A stretch of 63,131 bases of DNA, counting the filler. It is 4 parts of 4 records of this genome, joined end to end, with 100 filler letters (N's around TTAATTAATTAA, not from the genome) between each part and the next. Parts side by side here need not be neighbours in the genome. Positions count along the whole stretch, not along the records: positions 1 to 21,436 come from SRR31156797_920; positions 21,537 to 35,287 come from SRR31156797_930; 2 more parts are not named here. One strand, written 5' to 3'. Shown one piece after another: positions 18,518 through 28,917 of the stretch. The notes below the pieces were generated by a model. The model was not told where the DNA came from and did not search any database. It saw only the letters and a list, made by a program, of their open reading frames with translations. Position 1 is the first letter of the stretch; the number at the start of each line of letters is the position of its first letter. A program made the position numbers and the translations under genes.

Positions 18518-21436
18518 ATGGTTCATTTTTCCATTCTACTGACAACTTACAATAGACCGACATTGTTGCTGCACACACTGAAAAGTTTCAGTTTACAGAC
18601 CTACAAACATTTCACCATATATCTGCTGGATAACGGTTCCGAGCCTCCTGTCGACCTTTCAAATTTGCCGAAGGATCTAGACATCGTATATATCCGAATC
18701 GATGTAAACCATATGAACTCGGAACCCCACAACAATGCATTAAATTATATTTTAAGCAATTGTCAGCAAGAGTTTTCCCAAACGCAACGGAAAGATGTAT
18801 TCATAAATTTCGCGGATGATGATGTGCTTTTACCGGGAGCATTAGCGGTTGTAGCGGATTGTTTTTCAAATCATCCGAAGCTGGACAACCTGAGCATCGG
18901 TTTTTCAAAGTTCGATCACGAAACCGGCATCCCTCTATCCACAAGAGGATATTTCAATCAATTTTCTGGTAAACTTCATGAATTTGACGGCTTTCGAGCG
19001 GGACTTGAACATTGCAGAGGTTGGGGCATTGGAAAATCCGTATCCAATAAATTTCTCGTGCCGCGGTTGGCACATTCATCGGGAGGCTTTTTTTCAACCG
19101 ATTTGATCAGGAGAACATTGGATCGTCAAAAAGAATTGTTTGTACCCCCTATCGGCGATTGCGGTTTTGTCGGAACAAGTTTTAACAGCAAGAACTTATA
19201 CTATCTTGATGCGCCCTATTTAGTCTTGGGAGAGTCCAGAAAAAAGGAAATGGACGGCGCAAAAGCGGGAAATCGCCATCACTGGCGTGAATTATCTCAA
19301 TATTTGGAATTCAGTCCCTTAAAAGGATGTTCATTTACCAACATGGGTCTGGATTCGAGTTTGAAGGTCTTGCACCGAAACGGCATCAATCGATTTGTTG
19401 ATGTATCAATTCGTCCCGACTTCTTTTTGAGGCACATGCAATCCATCTTATCTGATGATCCCTGGACGGAAGAAACGGATCGCGATCTGAAAGAGGCTAT
19501 TCCATTTGCAGTTCAAAGTTTGAGGGAACATAAATCGTATTCAAAGAAAGAGGCCCAATCCAGGGTTGAAAATTGGATAGAGCAGCAATTGAAGGGGAAA
19601 GAAACGCGGCAAAATACCAACAATGAGGACAGCCCCTCTGAAAGTGTTGAAAAACAAGCAGATCTTTTTAAAGACATCAATGAATTTGCAATTTGGCAGG
19701 AAAAAAGTTTTATTACGACTGAAATGAAACCTTTTCAAAACAAATTCCACTATGGAAAAAACGCGGATACGATTAATCAGATTAGCCTATCGAATGATAC
19801 AAAAGAAAGTGAAATTCCAATCTCATTCTCGCTCAACGTCTACAATGAGGAGGATCGCATTTCTCACGTGCTTGAATCCTGTATTCAATGGGCGGATGAA
19901 ATCATTGTATTTAATAAATCATCAACCGATAGAACAAAGGAAATCTGCCTTCAGTTTGGCGAAAAGGTTAAGGTTATTGACATCCCTTTTTCTCCCCCGG
20001 ATAAAAGCGATACGATTGCTCAAGCGAAGATTCCCGTTAATGACTGGATCTTTTACGGGACTGCCTCGGAAATCCCAACCAGGGATCTGATTCGGGTTAT
20101 CAAGCAGATTCTGCGAAATTCCAAAGGCAGCCTTGACCTTATTTACGTACCTCGAAAGTACTATTCATTTGGTATTCATGACAAAAGATCCCCTTGGTCT
20201 ATCAGTTATTTCCCCTTCTTAATAAACCGAAAAAAAACGATCATCAGCAACACCATTCACAAGAATTTCAGGCCCAGCGACCCTAAAAACACAGCAAAAA
20301 TAGAATACTCCGATGAGTGTTGCGTTTATCATCTCACCCATACAAGCGTAAACAGCTATTTGCATAGCATGACGGACTACTTCACCTCCGAAGCGGAGGC
20401 ATGTGAAAATCCGGCCGCCAAAATCGAGGAATGCATGGCCAACATCTCAAAATATGAAAAACAGCTCGGAAACAGTGGCAATGAGCTTTTGGGTCATTAT
20501 TTTGCCTGGCAGATATACTGGCTCGGAACGGCGCTTTCCGTGTGGGAAAAATGGCGCGGTATCGATATAAAGCGCTATTACCAACAATTGAGAAAACAAG
20601 TCGTTGATAGGGAGTGGATTGAAGGGCGCACGGATGACACATTACATATGAAGAATGACGCTCCACCAACCGATCAAACATATGAGCGTCCCCTGGTTTC
20701 GGCAATTGTGTCGACCTGCAATTCGGAACGATTTATACGCGGTTGCCTAGAAGATCTCGAATCACAAACCATCAGAGACAGATTGGAAATAATCGTCGTT
20801 GACAGTGGATCCAAACAGAATGAGGCGGCTATCGTAAAGGCGTTTCAAGAAAAATTTTCAAACATCAAGTACTTAAAAACCGAAGAACGCGAAACGGTCT
20901 ACGCTGCATGGAACAGGGGTATTAAGGCAGCTTCCGGAAAATATATCACCAATGCCAACACCGATGACCGCCATGTGCCCTACGCCTTTGAAAGAATGGT
21001 GCATGTCTTGGAAACAGATCCCGAAATATCATTGGTATATGCAGATGTCTGGATAACGGAGAAAGAAAACGAGACCTTTGAAAATTTCACGCTTTCAAGC
21101 ATATATCGGTGGCAAGACTTCGATCCAAGAACACTTACAAGTGGCTGTTATATCGGTCCCCAGCCAATGTGGCGGAAAAATGTCCATGAAGAGCATGGAT
21201 ATTTTGATGAAACATTTCATTCGGCCGGTGACTGGGAATTCTGGCTTCGCATCAGCAAAACCAAAAAATTTCTTCATCTGACTGAGCCCCTGGGGCTCTA
21301 TCTGAAATCTCCCACCAGTGTAGAACATCGCGATCTTGAACTTTCAAGAGAAGAGGCGCGGCGTATCCATCGGCAATACGGTTCACGGAATGGTGAAAGC
21401 GCAAGCGATGCGGAACGATTGCATCAAAGCGCCCAA
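18518..21436 (+). CDS. Large multidomain glycosyltransferase with at least three GT2-type domains, truncated by contig end
   Basis: Domain 1: FSILLTTYNR...LLDNGS...FADDD. Domain 2: SLNVYNEE...ADEIIVFNKSSTDRT. Domain 3: VSAIVSTCN...VVDSGS...AWNRG...NANTDD...AGDWEFWLR. The frame is still open at the N-run. Confidence 0.85.
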
Positions 21437-21536
21437 NNNNNNNNNNNNNNNNNNNNNNNNNNNNNNNNNNNNNNNNNNNNTTAATTAATTAANNNNNNNN
21501 NNNNNNNNNNNNNNNNNNNNNNNNNNNNNNNNNNNN
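21437..21536. other. Artificial contig spacer
   Basis: N-run + TTAATTAATTAA (stops in all six frames) + N-run, 100 nt. Confidence 0.99.
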
Positions 21537-21818
21537 ATATTGCTAATATGAGATATTTTATATATATGTTTCTATTTTATCCGGCTGCAAAAGCACGTGC
21601 AGAAGACTCTGCAATAAAATGACGCAGAGTGCTTAAGTTTTTAAAGAGACAAGTATATGTAAAATAGTGCATTTACAAAGTAGGTTCAAATACATTGAAG
21701 ACGACTATGGGAGCACAGGGCCACAGGTAGAAAGACATATAATTCCATTAGTCCTTAAAGACCTATAGAATCAAATACGCAATTACCCATATTGCACTTA
21801 TCCGCGGAGACGTATAAA

Positions 21819-23390
21819 ATGAAAGTACTAGTTAGTGATCCATTATCAGAACAGGGATTAACAATACTTCAACAGCATTTCACAGTTGACGTCCTTACAG
21901 GACTTTCCGAAGAGGAACTCGTAGAGAAGATACCTGAATATGAAGCGCTTGTAATCAGAAGCGGAACACAGGTTACAAAAAATGTCATCGAAGCAGCCGA
22001 CAAACTGAAGATTGTGGGCAGAGCAGGAGTTGGTGTCGACAATGTAGATGTGGAAGCAGCAACTGAAAAGGGAATCATTGTTGTCAATGCACCTGAAGGT
22101 AACATGCTATCCGCAGCAGAACATACCATTGCAATGATGATGGCACTTGCAAGGAATGTGCCACAGGCAAACCAGTCACTCAAATCCAAGAAATGGGAAC
22201 GTAAAAACTTCATGGGTGTTGAGGTTAATGGCAAGACACTTGGTGTAATAGGACTTGGACGCATTGGTGCTGAGGTGACAAAGAGAGCACAGGGCCTTGA
22301 GATGGATATTCTGGCATACGATCCGTTTGTATCTGATGAAAGAGCAAAGGAGATGGGTGTAAAGATGATGTCAGTACAGGAAATTGTAAAAGAAGCTGAT
22401 TTCATTACTGTTCACACACCACTTACCAAAGATACAAGAAATATAATTGATAAAGAAGAGTTCTCTTTGATGAAAAGCAATGCAAGGATCATCAATTGTG
22501 CACGTGGTGGAATCATCAATGAGGATGCACTTGCAGAAGCACTTAACAGCAATCAGATTGCAGGTGCTGCAATTGATGTGTTTGTAAATGAACCTCCTCT
22601 GGACAGCCCTCTTCTTGATTGTGAAACACTTATTGCAACACCACACCTTGGTGCATCTACAAAGGAAGCACAGATTAATGTAGCAGTCTCGGTTGCAGAG
22701 GAAGTCGTTTCCGTACTCACAGACGGAACTGCTAAAAATGCAATCAATATTCCTTCTGTAAAGCCTGAACTCATGACCATGCTTGCACCATACATTCAGC
22801 TTGCTGAGACAATGAGTGACGCATGTGCACAGCTTCTTGGAAAGAACTATGAGAAGATAGAGATTTCATATAATGGTGAGATATCTGAAAAGGATACAAG
22901 ACCTGTCACCGTTGCCGCAGTTAAAGGCATGCTTCAGGTTGCCGTTGGTTCTGCTGTAAACTATGTGAATGCTCCAGCTCTTGCCAAGTCAAGGAAAGTC
23001 GGGGTTGTTGAAAGCAAGTCCGACACAACAAAAGAATTTAGTTCCACAATTAAAGTGGAGATCACCATGGGTGAAGAAAAAGCATCCATTACAGGCACTG
23101 TAATTGGAGGAAAAGGTAAGATCATCAACATTAATGGAGAACACGTCGATGTGGTACCAGAAGGCTATCTGATAGTTGCAAACCATATCAACAAGCCAAA
23201 CGTAATAGGACCTTGCTGCCTGATACTTGGAGAGAATGACATTAATATTTCCGGTATGCAGGTTGGAAGAGCTGATATTGGTGGAACTACAATCATGGCA
23301 CTAAATGTTGATTCCGAAGTTCCCGAGCCAATCCTTAAAGAGATGAGGGCAGTTGAAGGTATGATTGATGCTAAGCTCATCAAACTTTAA
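21819..23390 (+). CDS. serA: D-3-phosphoglycerate dehydrogenase (long form with ACT domain)
   Basis: GRAGVGVDNVD, GVIGLGRIG, INCARGG, TPHLGAST, C-terminal ACT domain (INISGMQVGR). The likely start is ATG 21819. Confidence 0.96.
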   Translation: MKVLVSDPLSEQGLTILQQHFTVDVLTGLSEEELVEKIPEYEALVIRSGTQVTKNVIEAADKLKIVGRAGVGVDNVDVEAATEKGIIVVNAPEGNMLSAAEHTIAMMMALARNVPQANQSLKSKKWERKNFMGVEVNGKTLGVIGLGRIGAEVTKRAQGLEMDILAYDPFVSDERAKEMGVKMMSVQEIVKEADFITVHTPLTKDTRNIIDKEEFSLMKSNARIINCARGGIINEDALAEALNSNQIAGAAIDVFVNEPPLDSPLLDCETLIATPHLGASTKEAQINVAVSVAEEVVSVLTDGTAKNAINIPSVKPELMTMLAPYIQLAETMSDACAQLLGKNYEKIEISYNGEISEKDTRPVTVAAVKGMLQVAVGSAVNYVNAPALAKSRKVGVVESKSDTTKEFSSTIKVEITMGEEKASITGTVIGGKGKIININGEHVDVVPEGYLIVANHINKPNVIGPCCLILGENDINISGMQVGRADIGGTTIMALNVDSEVPEPILKEMRAVEGMIDAKLIKL

Positions 23391-23456
23391 ATAGGGTGAG
23401 CGGACAATTATTATAAAATAAAAAGATTAAAAAATAAGGGATGGTAGCACTATAAA

Positions 23457-23939
23457 ATGATGCGAAAGCGAATATATCACCGGTTCCCTCACAGGACGGT
23501 GGAGTTTGAACAGAAATACCGCTACTATTCTGATCTTCCCTTTTTTGTAAAAGTGATGGCAAACATGGATGGGAAATTCGGTATGTTTGTTACCGAGTCC
23601 GTCACACAGAGAGGACATCGTATACAGGCCAAACGTGAAATTGCGGTGGAAATAGTATCCAATGGAGTTGATTTCACTTCTCTTAATTATGATACTGTAG
23701 AGGATGTCCTGGAAACTCTGGAACCGGAAGGAATAATGGATTTCAGGGTTCACCTGAGATATAGTTATCTTGACGGAAAATACAATCGCGTTCCTTTCAG
23801 AGGAGATATTTACCTTCTAAGGGCCATTGTTGAAAGTGATTTACTTGTTCTTCAGATCAATCATATTGACGGACCAAAAAGAACAGAATGTGGCAGGGTT
23901 GCCGACACAATTATTGATGAGCTGCGCAGAGGATCTTAA
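23457..23939 (+). CDS. Hypothetical protein
   Basis: 160-aa ORF co-oriented with its neighbours; no motif recognised. Confidence 0.7.
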   Translation: MMRKRIYHRFPHRTVEFEQKYRYYSDLPFFVKVMANMDGKFGMFVTESVTQRGHRIQAKREIAVEIVSNGVDFTSLNYDTVEDVLETLEPEGIMDFRVHLRYSYLDGKYNRVPFRGDIYLLRAIVESDLLVLQINHIDGPKRTECGRVADTIIDELRRGS

Positions 23940-24404
23940 GTGGATGAATTGATGCTTGTAGCAGCAACACCATTTAAACGAAGTAGTAAAAATTCACTGC
24001 CCATTAAGGATTTTGAATTTGTGCTTTCCTTTGACCTTAAATGGATGGCACCAGATGTTGCTTCTAAGATCAGGGATCAGGCAATTGGATCACAGCTCTT
24101 GAAATTTGAGGGAGCTGAACTGGTTCCGAATTTTGATCTGAGTAATATAGAGATACCCCATGGTTTCAAGCCCTCGGATTCTGTATTCAAGGAGAGGTCT
24201 ACTATTGAGGATATAATTTCCATGATCGTCGCCAATTGTGGAAAAGGAATCAGGGATACCACTGCATTGATCAACAAGAAACAGGAAGATCTGGATGATC
24301 TTGTTGATATTGAAGTTGCAGGATTGCTTGTTGCAAAAGAACTGGGATGTGACATCGAGTCGATATATGACAAAGTATACAATAAAGTTCTGGGTAGGGA
24401 GTAA
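23940..24404 (+). CDS. DUF2240-family archaeal protein
   Basis: AATPFK...FEFVLSFDLKWMAP...IEIPHGFKPS...EVAGLLVAKELG pattern. Confidence 0.75.
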   Translation: MDELMLVAATPFKRSSKNSLPIKDFEFVLSFDLKWMAPDVASKIRDQAIGSQLLKFEGAELVPNFDLSNIEIPHGFKPSDSVFKERSTIEDIISMIVANCGKGIRDTTALINKKQEDLDDLVDIEVAGLLVAKELGCDIESIYDKVYNKVLGRE

Positions 24405-24550
24405 AACCCACATAATCTTTATGTACTATTAATGTTATTCAAACAGCAGTCTGATCCTACAGACTATATATGTTCTTACTTTATTGACACCTAACGGATG
24501 TTCGAACGCATTGATTGCGTGAGTGAGACAGACTCTTGCGGAGGAACATT

Positions 24551-24931
24551 ATGAGCAAGAATACAAACGTAAAAATCCAAAGAAAGACAAACCCTCGCAC
24601 TCCTGTGCTCATTACAGCACTGAAGGAAGAGGCACGTCAGAACGAAGCTGCTATCTGGAGAGATGTAGCTAAGAGGCTGGAGAAGCCTGGCAAGAACTAT
24701 GCACAGGTAAACCTCAGTAAGATCAACAGATATGCAAAGGACGGCGAAACTATTCTTATTGTAGGCAAAGTACTGGGTTCAGGCTTGCTTAACAAAGCAG
24801 TAACCGTTGCGGCATACAACTTCAGTGCGACTGCAATGGAGAAGATCGCAGAGGTTGGCGGCAAGTGTCTGACAATCGAGCAGATCATGGAAGAAAACCC
24901 TAAGGGGTCTGGAATTAAGATCTTGCAGTAG
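24551..24931 (+). CDS. rpl18e: 50S ribosomal protein L18e
   Basis: KTNP, IWRDVAKRL, VNLSKINR, VGKVLGSG, NPKGSGIKI; GGAGG RBS. Confidence 0.96.
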   Translation: MSKNTNVKIQRKTNPRTPVLITALKEEARQNEAAIWRDVAKRLEKPGKNYAQVNLSKINRYAKDGETILIVGKVLGSGLLNKAVTVAAYNFSATAMEKIAEVGGKCLTIEQIMEENPKGSGIKILQ

Positions 24932-24940
24932 GTGAACAAG

Positions 24941-25360
24941 ATGACAATTATCGATGCAGATGGACTTATCATGGGCAGGCTTGCAAGCACTGTGGCAACC
25001 AAGTTACTTGCCGGCGAAGAGATTGATATCATCAACGCTGAAAAGGCAGTCATTTCCGGTTCAAAATTCACTACAATGAGAGAGTATGATGAAACCGTGA
25101 GAAGAGGAAAGCCAGAGTTTGGACCATACTTCCCGAAAAGACCGGACAGAATTCTCAAAAGGACAATCAGAGGAATGGTACCTTACAAACGTGCAAGAGG
25201 AAAGGTAGCAATGGCCAACCTCAAGGTGTACGTTGGAGTACCAATGGAGTTACAGGACAAAGAAAGCATAAAGATCGCAGAGGCAAGCATGGACCGCCTT
25301 AGCTCAAACAAGTACCTCAGGCTTGGCGATCTCAGTAAGAAACTCGGTGCTAAGTTCTAA
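24941..25360 (+). CDS. rpl13: 50S ribosomal protein L13
   Basis: [49 protein letters not shown]. Confidence 0.96.
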   Translation: MTIIDADGLIMGRLASTVATKLLAGEEIDIINAEKAVISGSKFTTMREYDETVRRGKPEFGPYFPKRPDRILKRTIRGMVPYKRARGKVAMANLKVYVGVPMELQDKESIKIAEASMDRLSSNKYLRLGDLSKKLGAKF

Positions 25361-25377
25361 AAAGGAGGAAGATTATA

Positions 25378-25782
25378 ATGTCTGTTAAAATTATAACCTC
25401 ATCAGGTAAAAAGAAGACAGCTATTGCACGTGCAACAGTGAAGAAGGGAAATGGAAGAGTGCGCATCAACAAGAAGCCACTTGAGATATTTGACCCGGAG
25501 TTTGCAAAACTCAAGATCCTTGAAGCAGTAATGCTTGCAGGAGATGCTGCTGAAAGCGTAGACATAGATGTTGTTGTTAAGGGCGGTGGAATCATCGGCC
25601 AGGCAAATGCTGCCAGAACTGCAATTGCAAGAGGAATTGTAGACTGGGCAAGTGACGCAAATCTCAGAGATACATACATGGCATATGACCGTAATCTCCT
25701 GGTAAATGACTCCAGGCAGAAAGAAACCAAGAAATTTGGTGGACCAGGTGCACGTGCCAGATATCAGAAATCATACAGGTAG
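25378..25782 (+). CDS. rps9: 30S ribosomal protein S9
   Basis: [35 protein letters not shown]. Confidence 0.97.
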   Translation: MSVKIITSSGKKKTAIARATVKKGNGRVRINKKPLEIFDPEFAKLKILEAVMLAGDAAESVDIDVVVKGGGIIGQANAARTAIARGIVDWASDANLRDTYMAYDRNLLVNDSRQKETKKFGGPGARARYQKSYR

Positions 25783-25790
25783 GCAAAAGG

Positions 25791-25979
25791 ATGTTACCAG
25801 TTCGATGTTTCAGCTGTGGGAAAGTTGTCTCAAGTTGTTGGGAAGAATACAAGCAGCGTGTTGGTGAAGGAGAGGATGCTGCAACAGTATTGGATGACCT
25901 GGGTGTCACCCGCTATTGCTGCAGAAGGATGATCCTGTCACACGTCGAGCTAGTAGATACACTTGCCCCATACCAGTAA
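25791..25979 (+). CDS. rpoN: Archaeal RNA polymerase subunit N (Rpo10)
   Basis: PVRCFSCGK...RYCCRRM. Confidence 0.97.
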   Translation: MLPVRCFSCGKVVSSCWEEYKQRVGEGEDAATVLDDLGVTRYCCRRMILSHVELVDTLAPYQ

Positions 25980-25980
25980 A

Positions 25981-26066
25981 AGGACCGCAGGGTAGTCAGG
26001 ACTATTCTTCGGTGTTGGGGCATACATATTTACTATGCTAAGCACGCCGAAAGCTCAGTAGTCCTA
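25981..26066 (+). pseudogene. Degenerate tRNA-Pro(GGG) with a 23-nt 37/38 intron and a deleted T-loop/3' T-stem
   Basis: Acceptor stem AGGACCG/TAGTCCT (imperfect). D-arm GGGTAGTCAGGACTATTCT. Anticodon stem CGGTG/CGCCG with loop TT-GGG-G, then intron-like 26021-26043, then A38. Variable loop AAAG and 5' T-stem CTCAG follow, but there is no TTCRAAT loop and no 3' T-stem. It sits between rpoN and rpoK, a position where archaea often carry tRNA-Pro. Confidence 0.7.
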
Positions 26067-26244
26067 TACCCTGAAAAATTACTAACCACATTCGGAGGGA
26101 TTCCGAATAAAAATTATTTATCAAGGTTATCATTGACCGCATTAATATGGCTATTCATACAGGAATACTTTTTGGAAGCAATAGGAGTAGCTATCAGCAA
26201 ATGGAATATTGATCTTTTCGATATGACTTAAATCAGGTGATCTA

Positions 26245-26427
26245 TTGACTACAGAACATTACACCAGGTATGAAAAAGCAAGAATCGTAGGTGCAAGAGC
26301 ATTACAGATCTCAATGGGAGCTCCGGTACTAATCGATGATCCAAGCATGAACTCATTATTCCTTGCTAAAAGGGAATTTGAGCTTGGAGAAATTCCAATT
26401 ACAGTTAAACGAGATGTTATTAATTAG
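26245..26427 (+). CDS. rpoK: Archaeal RNA polymerase subunit K (Rpo6)
   Basis: [22 protein letters not shown]...IPITVKR; TTG start after a GGTGA RBS. Confidence 0.95.
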   Translation: MTTEHYTRYEKARIVGARALQISMGAPVLIDDPSMNSLFLAKREFELGEIPITVKRDVIN

Positions 26428-26435
26428 GTGATTTT

Positions 26436-27095
26436 ATGGATTCTACAGAGGAAACTACAATTAATGAAACTAATACAGAAGTTGAGACAACAGAAGAGAT
26501 GGGAGAAGAAGTAAAAACCACATCCTTAGTCCCAATAGATGAATACCTTGCAGCAGGTGTTCACATCGGTACACAGCAGAAAACCGAGAATATGATGAAA
26601 TTCGTCTACCGTGTAAGAACAGACGGCCTCTATGTTCTGGATATCCAGGCTACCGATGAGAGAATCAAGCTTGCGGCAAACTTCCTTTCAAATTATGACC
26701 CTCAGAGGATCCTTGTAGTCTCTGCAAGACAGTACGGTCAATTCCCTGCAAAGATGTTCGCAAAGGCAATCGGTGCAAAGTCAATGGTAGGAAGGTTCAT
26801 TCCAGGAATTCTTACAAACCCGAAGATCGAAAGTTTCTACGAGCCTGATGTGATAATTGTTACTGACCCTACCGGTGATGCACAGGTTATCAAGGAAGGA
26901 GTAAACGTTGGCATACCTGTTGTTGCACTCTGTGACACCAACAACATGACATCAAATGTTGACCTTGTAATCCCAACAAACAACAAGGGTAGAAAGGCAT
27001 TGTCCCTTGTCTACTGGTTACTTGCAAGGGAAATCTCAAAAGCAAATGATTCAATGTTCACTTACGAACTTGAAGACTTTGAAGTAGGAGTTTGA
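26436..27095 (+). CDS. rps2: 30S ribosomal protein S2
   Basis: [35 protein letters not shown]. Confidence 0.97.
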   Translation: MDSTEETTINETNTEVETTEEMGEEVKTTSLVPIDEYLAAGVHIGTQQKTENMMKFVYRVRTDGLYVLDIQATDERIKLAANFLSNYDPQRILVVSARQYGQFPAKMFAKAIGAKSMVGRFIPGILTNPKIESFYEPDVIIVTDPTGDAQVIKEGVNVGIPVVALCDTNNMTSNVDLVIPTNNKGRKALSLVYWLLAREISKANDSMFTYELEDFEVGV

Positions 27096-27165
27096 AACTG
27101 AAATCTTGTGTGAAGCATACTACATATATCAAAAACCCGTATTATTAATTGGGGTGAATAGTAGT

Positions 27166-27963
27166 ATGAGACAGACAACCGTTGCCGGTCAGTTTTATCC
27201 GCTTAATCAAAAAAACCTGAAGAAGGAACTGAGCAAGTGCTTTAAGGATGTGGCAATCACAGAAAAGCCCATCCTTGGAGCTGTAGCCCCTCATGCCGGA
27301 TACATTTATTCGGGAGAGGTTGCAGCTCATGCATATGCCCAATTACCAAAGGCAGATACATACATCCTGTTTGGACCAAACCATACAGGTTATGGATCTC
27401 CTGTTGCATTGTCCCAGGACAACTGGACAACTCCAATGGGAGTTGTTGAAACAGACAAAGAAATTGGGAACTTACTTGCTGGTACCATCATAGGTTATGA
27501 TGAGCTTGCGCACCATTACGAACATTCCATTGAAGTACAGATACCTTTTTTGCAATATCGATTTGGCAGTGATTTTAAGATACTTCCAATATGTATGGGA
27601 CTTCAGGATGAAGAGACCGCTATAGAAGTGGGCACTGAAGTTGCAAAGGCTGCAAAGTCCACTGGTAAGAAAGTGGTTTTTATCGCATCAAGTGATTTTA
27701 CCCACTACCAGCCAGGCAATGTTGCAAGAGAGAATGATCACTACCTGATAGAATCCATAATTGAAATGGACATTCCTGAATTTTACAGACGCAGGGAAGA
27801 GCGAAGTATATCTGCCTGTGGATTTGGACCCATTGCAGCAATGCTGTCAGCCACAATGGAATTTGGTGCTAAAAAAGTTACATTACTCAAATATGCAACA
27901 AGCGGAGATGTTACTGGTGACATGTCAGAAGTTGTTGGATATGCAGCAATAATTGTGGAATAA
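27166..27963 (+). CDS. MEMO1-family protein (AmmeMemoRadiSam protein B-like)
   Basis: VAGQFYP, PHAGYIYSG, GPNHTG, EHSIEVQIPFL, ASSDFTHY, SACGFGP, VVGYAA. The likely start is ATG 27166. Confidence 0.93.
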   Translation: MRQTTVAGQFYPLNQKNLKKELSKCFKDVAITEKPILGAVAPHAGYIYSGEVAAHAYAQLPKADTYILFGPNHTGYGSPVALSQDNWTTPMGVVETDKEIGNLLAGTIIGYDELAHHYEHSIEVQIPFLQYRFGSDFKILPICMGLQDEETAIEVGTEVAKAAKSTGKKVVFIASSDFTHYQPGNVARENDHYLIESIIEMDIPEFYRRREERSISACGFGPIAAMLSATMEFGAKKVTLLKYATSGDVTGDMSEVVGYAAIIVE

Positions 27964-27999
27964 ACACAGCAATCAATAATCAGTGCACGAGGGGATTTA

Positions 28000-28917
28000 G
28001 TGATTACATGTTCTGCACCTGGAAAAATTTACCTTTTTGGTGAACATGCTGTTGTTTACGGAGAAAGTGCGATCTGCTGTGCTGTTGAACTCAGGACAAA
28101 GGCCCATGTGGAAAAAAATGATGACATAGTCATCGAATCGACCCTTGGAACCACAGGTCTTGATTTTGACATACACCCATACGTATCCTATGTCGTTGAA
28201 AAGATGCAACAGTTTGCAGACATAAAAGGCGTAAAGATCAGAATTGAATCCGAACTGCCCGTGGGTTCTGGACTTGGGTCCTCTGCAGCAGTTACCGTTG
28301 CTAGCATCCAGGCATTGAACCACTTATATGATTGTGGCCTTTCCCTTGAGGATGTTGCCGAGATCGGACACGAAATCGAAAAGATGGTACAGGGCAATGC
28401 AAGCCCTACGGACACATATGTCAGTACCATGGGTGGTGTCGTTATGATACCCCAGAGAAAGAAGCTTCCACTAATTAAGTGTCCCATTGTTGTAGGAAAT
28501 ACAAACAAATTCTCATCAACCAGGGAACTTGTGGGAAACGTTGCAAAACTCCGCAGTGAATTCCCATCTGTCATAGAACCAATACTTTCCGATATCGGAC
28601 AAATGTCCCTGCTTGCCGAGAAATATGTTCTTGAGAATGACTACAAAACCATTGGTAAGCTCATGAACGTAAATCAGGGTCTACTTGATGCCATAGGGGT
28701 CGGCGGTGCAGAGCTTTCGTCCCTTGTTTATGCAGCCCGCAACAGCGGTGCCATTTGTGCCAAAATAACCGGTGCAGGCGGTGGCGGATGCATGGTAGCA
28801 CTTGCAGAAGAAGATTCCGCAATGAGTATTGCCACAGCCATTGAAGATGCAGGCGGAGAAGCCATAATTACAAATAATACAGAAGAAGGCGTACGACTGG
28901 AGCCATTGAATGGATAA
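28000..28917 (+). CDS. mvk: Mevalonate kinase
   Basis: SAPGKIYLFGEHAVVYG, PVGSGLGSSAA, KITGAGGGG. Confidence 0.96.
   Translation: MITCSAPGKIYLFGEHAVVYGESAICCAVELRTKAHVEKNDDIVIESTLGTTGLDFDIHPYVSYVVEKMQQFADIKGVKIRIESELPVGSGLGSSAAVTVASIQALNHLYDCGLSLEDVAEIGHEIEKMVQGNASPTDTYVSTMGGVVMIPQRKKLPLIKCPIVVGNTNKFSSTRELVGNVAKLRSEFPSVIEPILSDIGQMSLLAEKYVLENDYKTIGKLMNVNQGLLDAIGVGGAELSSLVYAARNSGAICAKITGAGGGGCMVALAEEDSAMSIATAIEDAGGEAIITNNTEEGVRLEPLNG

Noticed and set aside
1750-21328. Many minus-strand and alternative-frame ORFs within the glycan operon (e.g. 4993-5640, 9161-9949)
   Set aside because: They are fully nested in well-supported plus-strand genes and show no family motifs.
26090-26108. Hairpin ATTCGGAG-GGA-TTCCGAAT as the displaced T-arm of the tRNA relic
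   Set aside because: It does not pair with the CTCAG 5' T-stem and has no 7-nt T-loop, so there is no support for a split or permuted tRNA.
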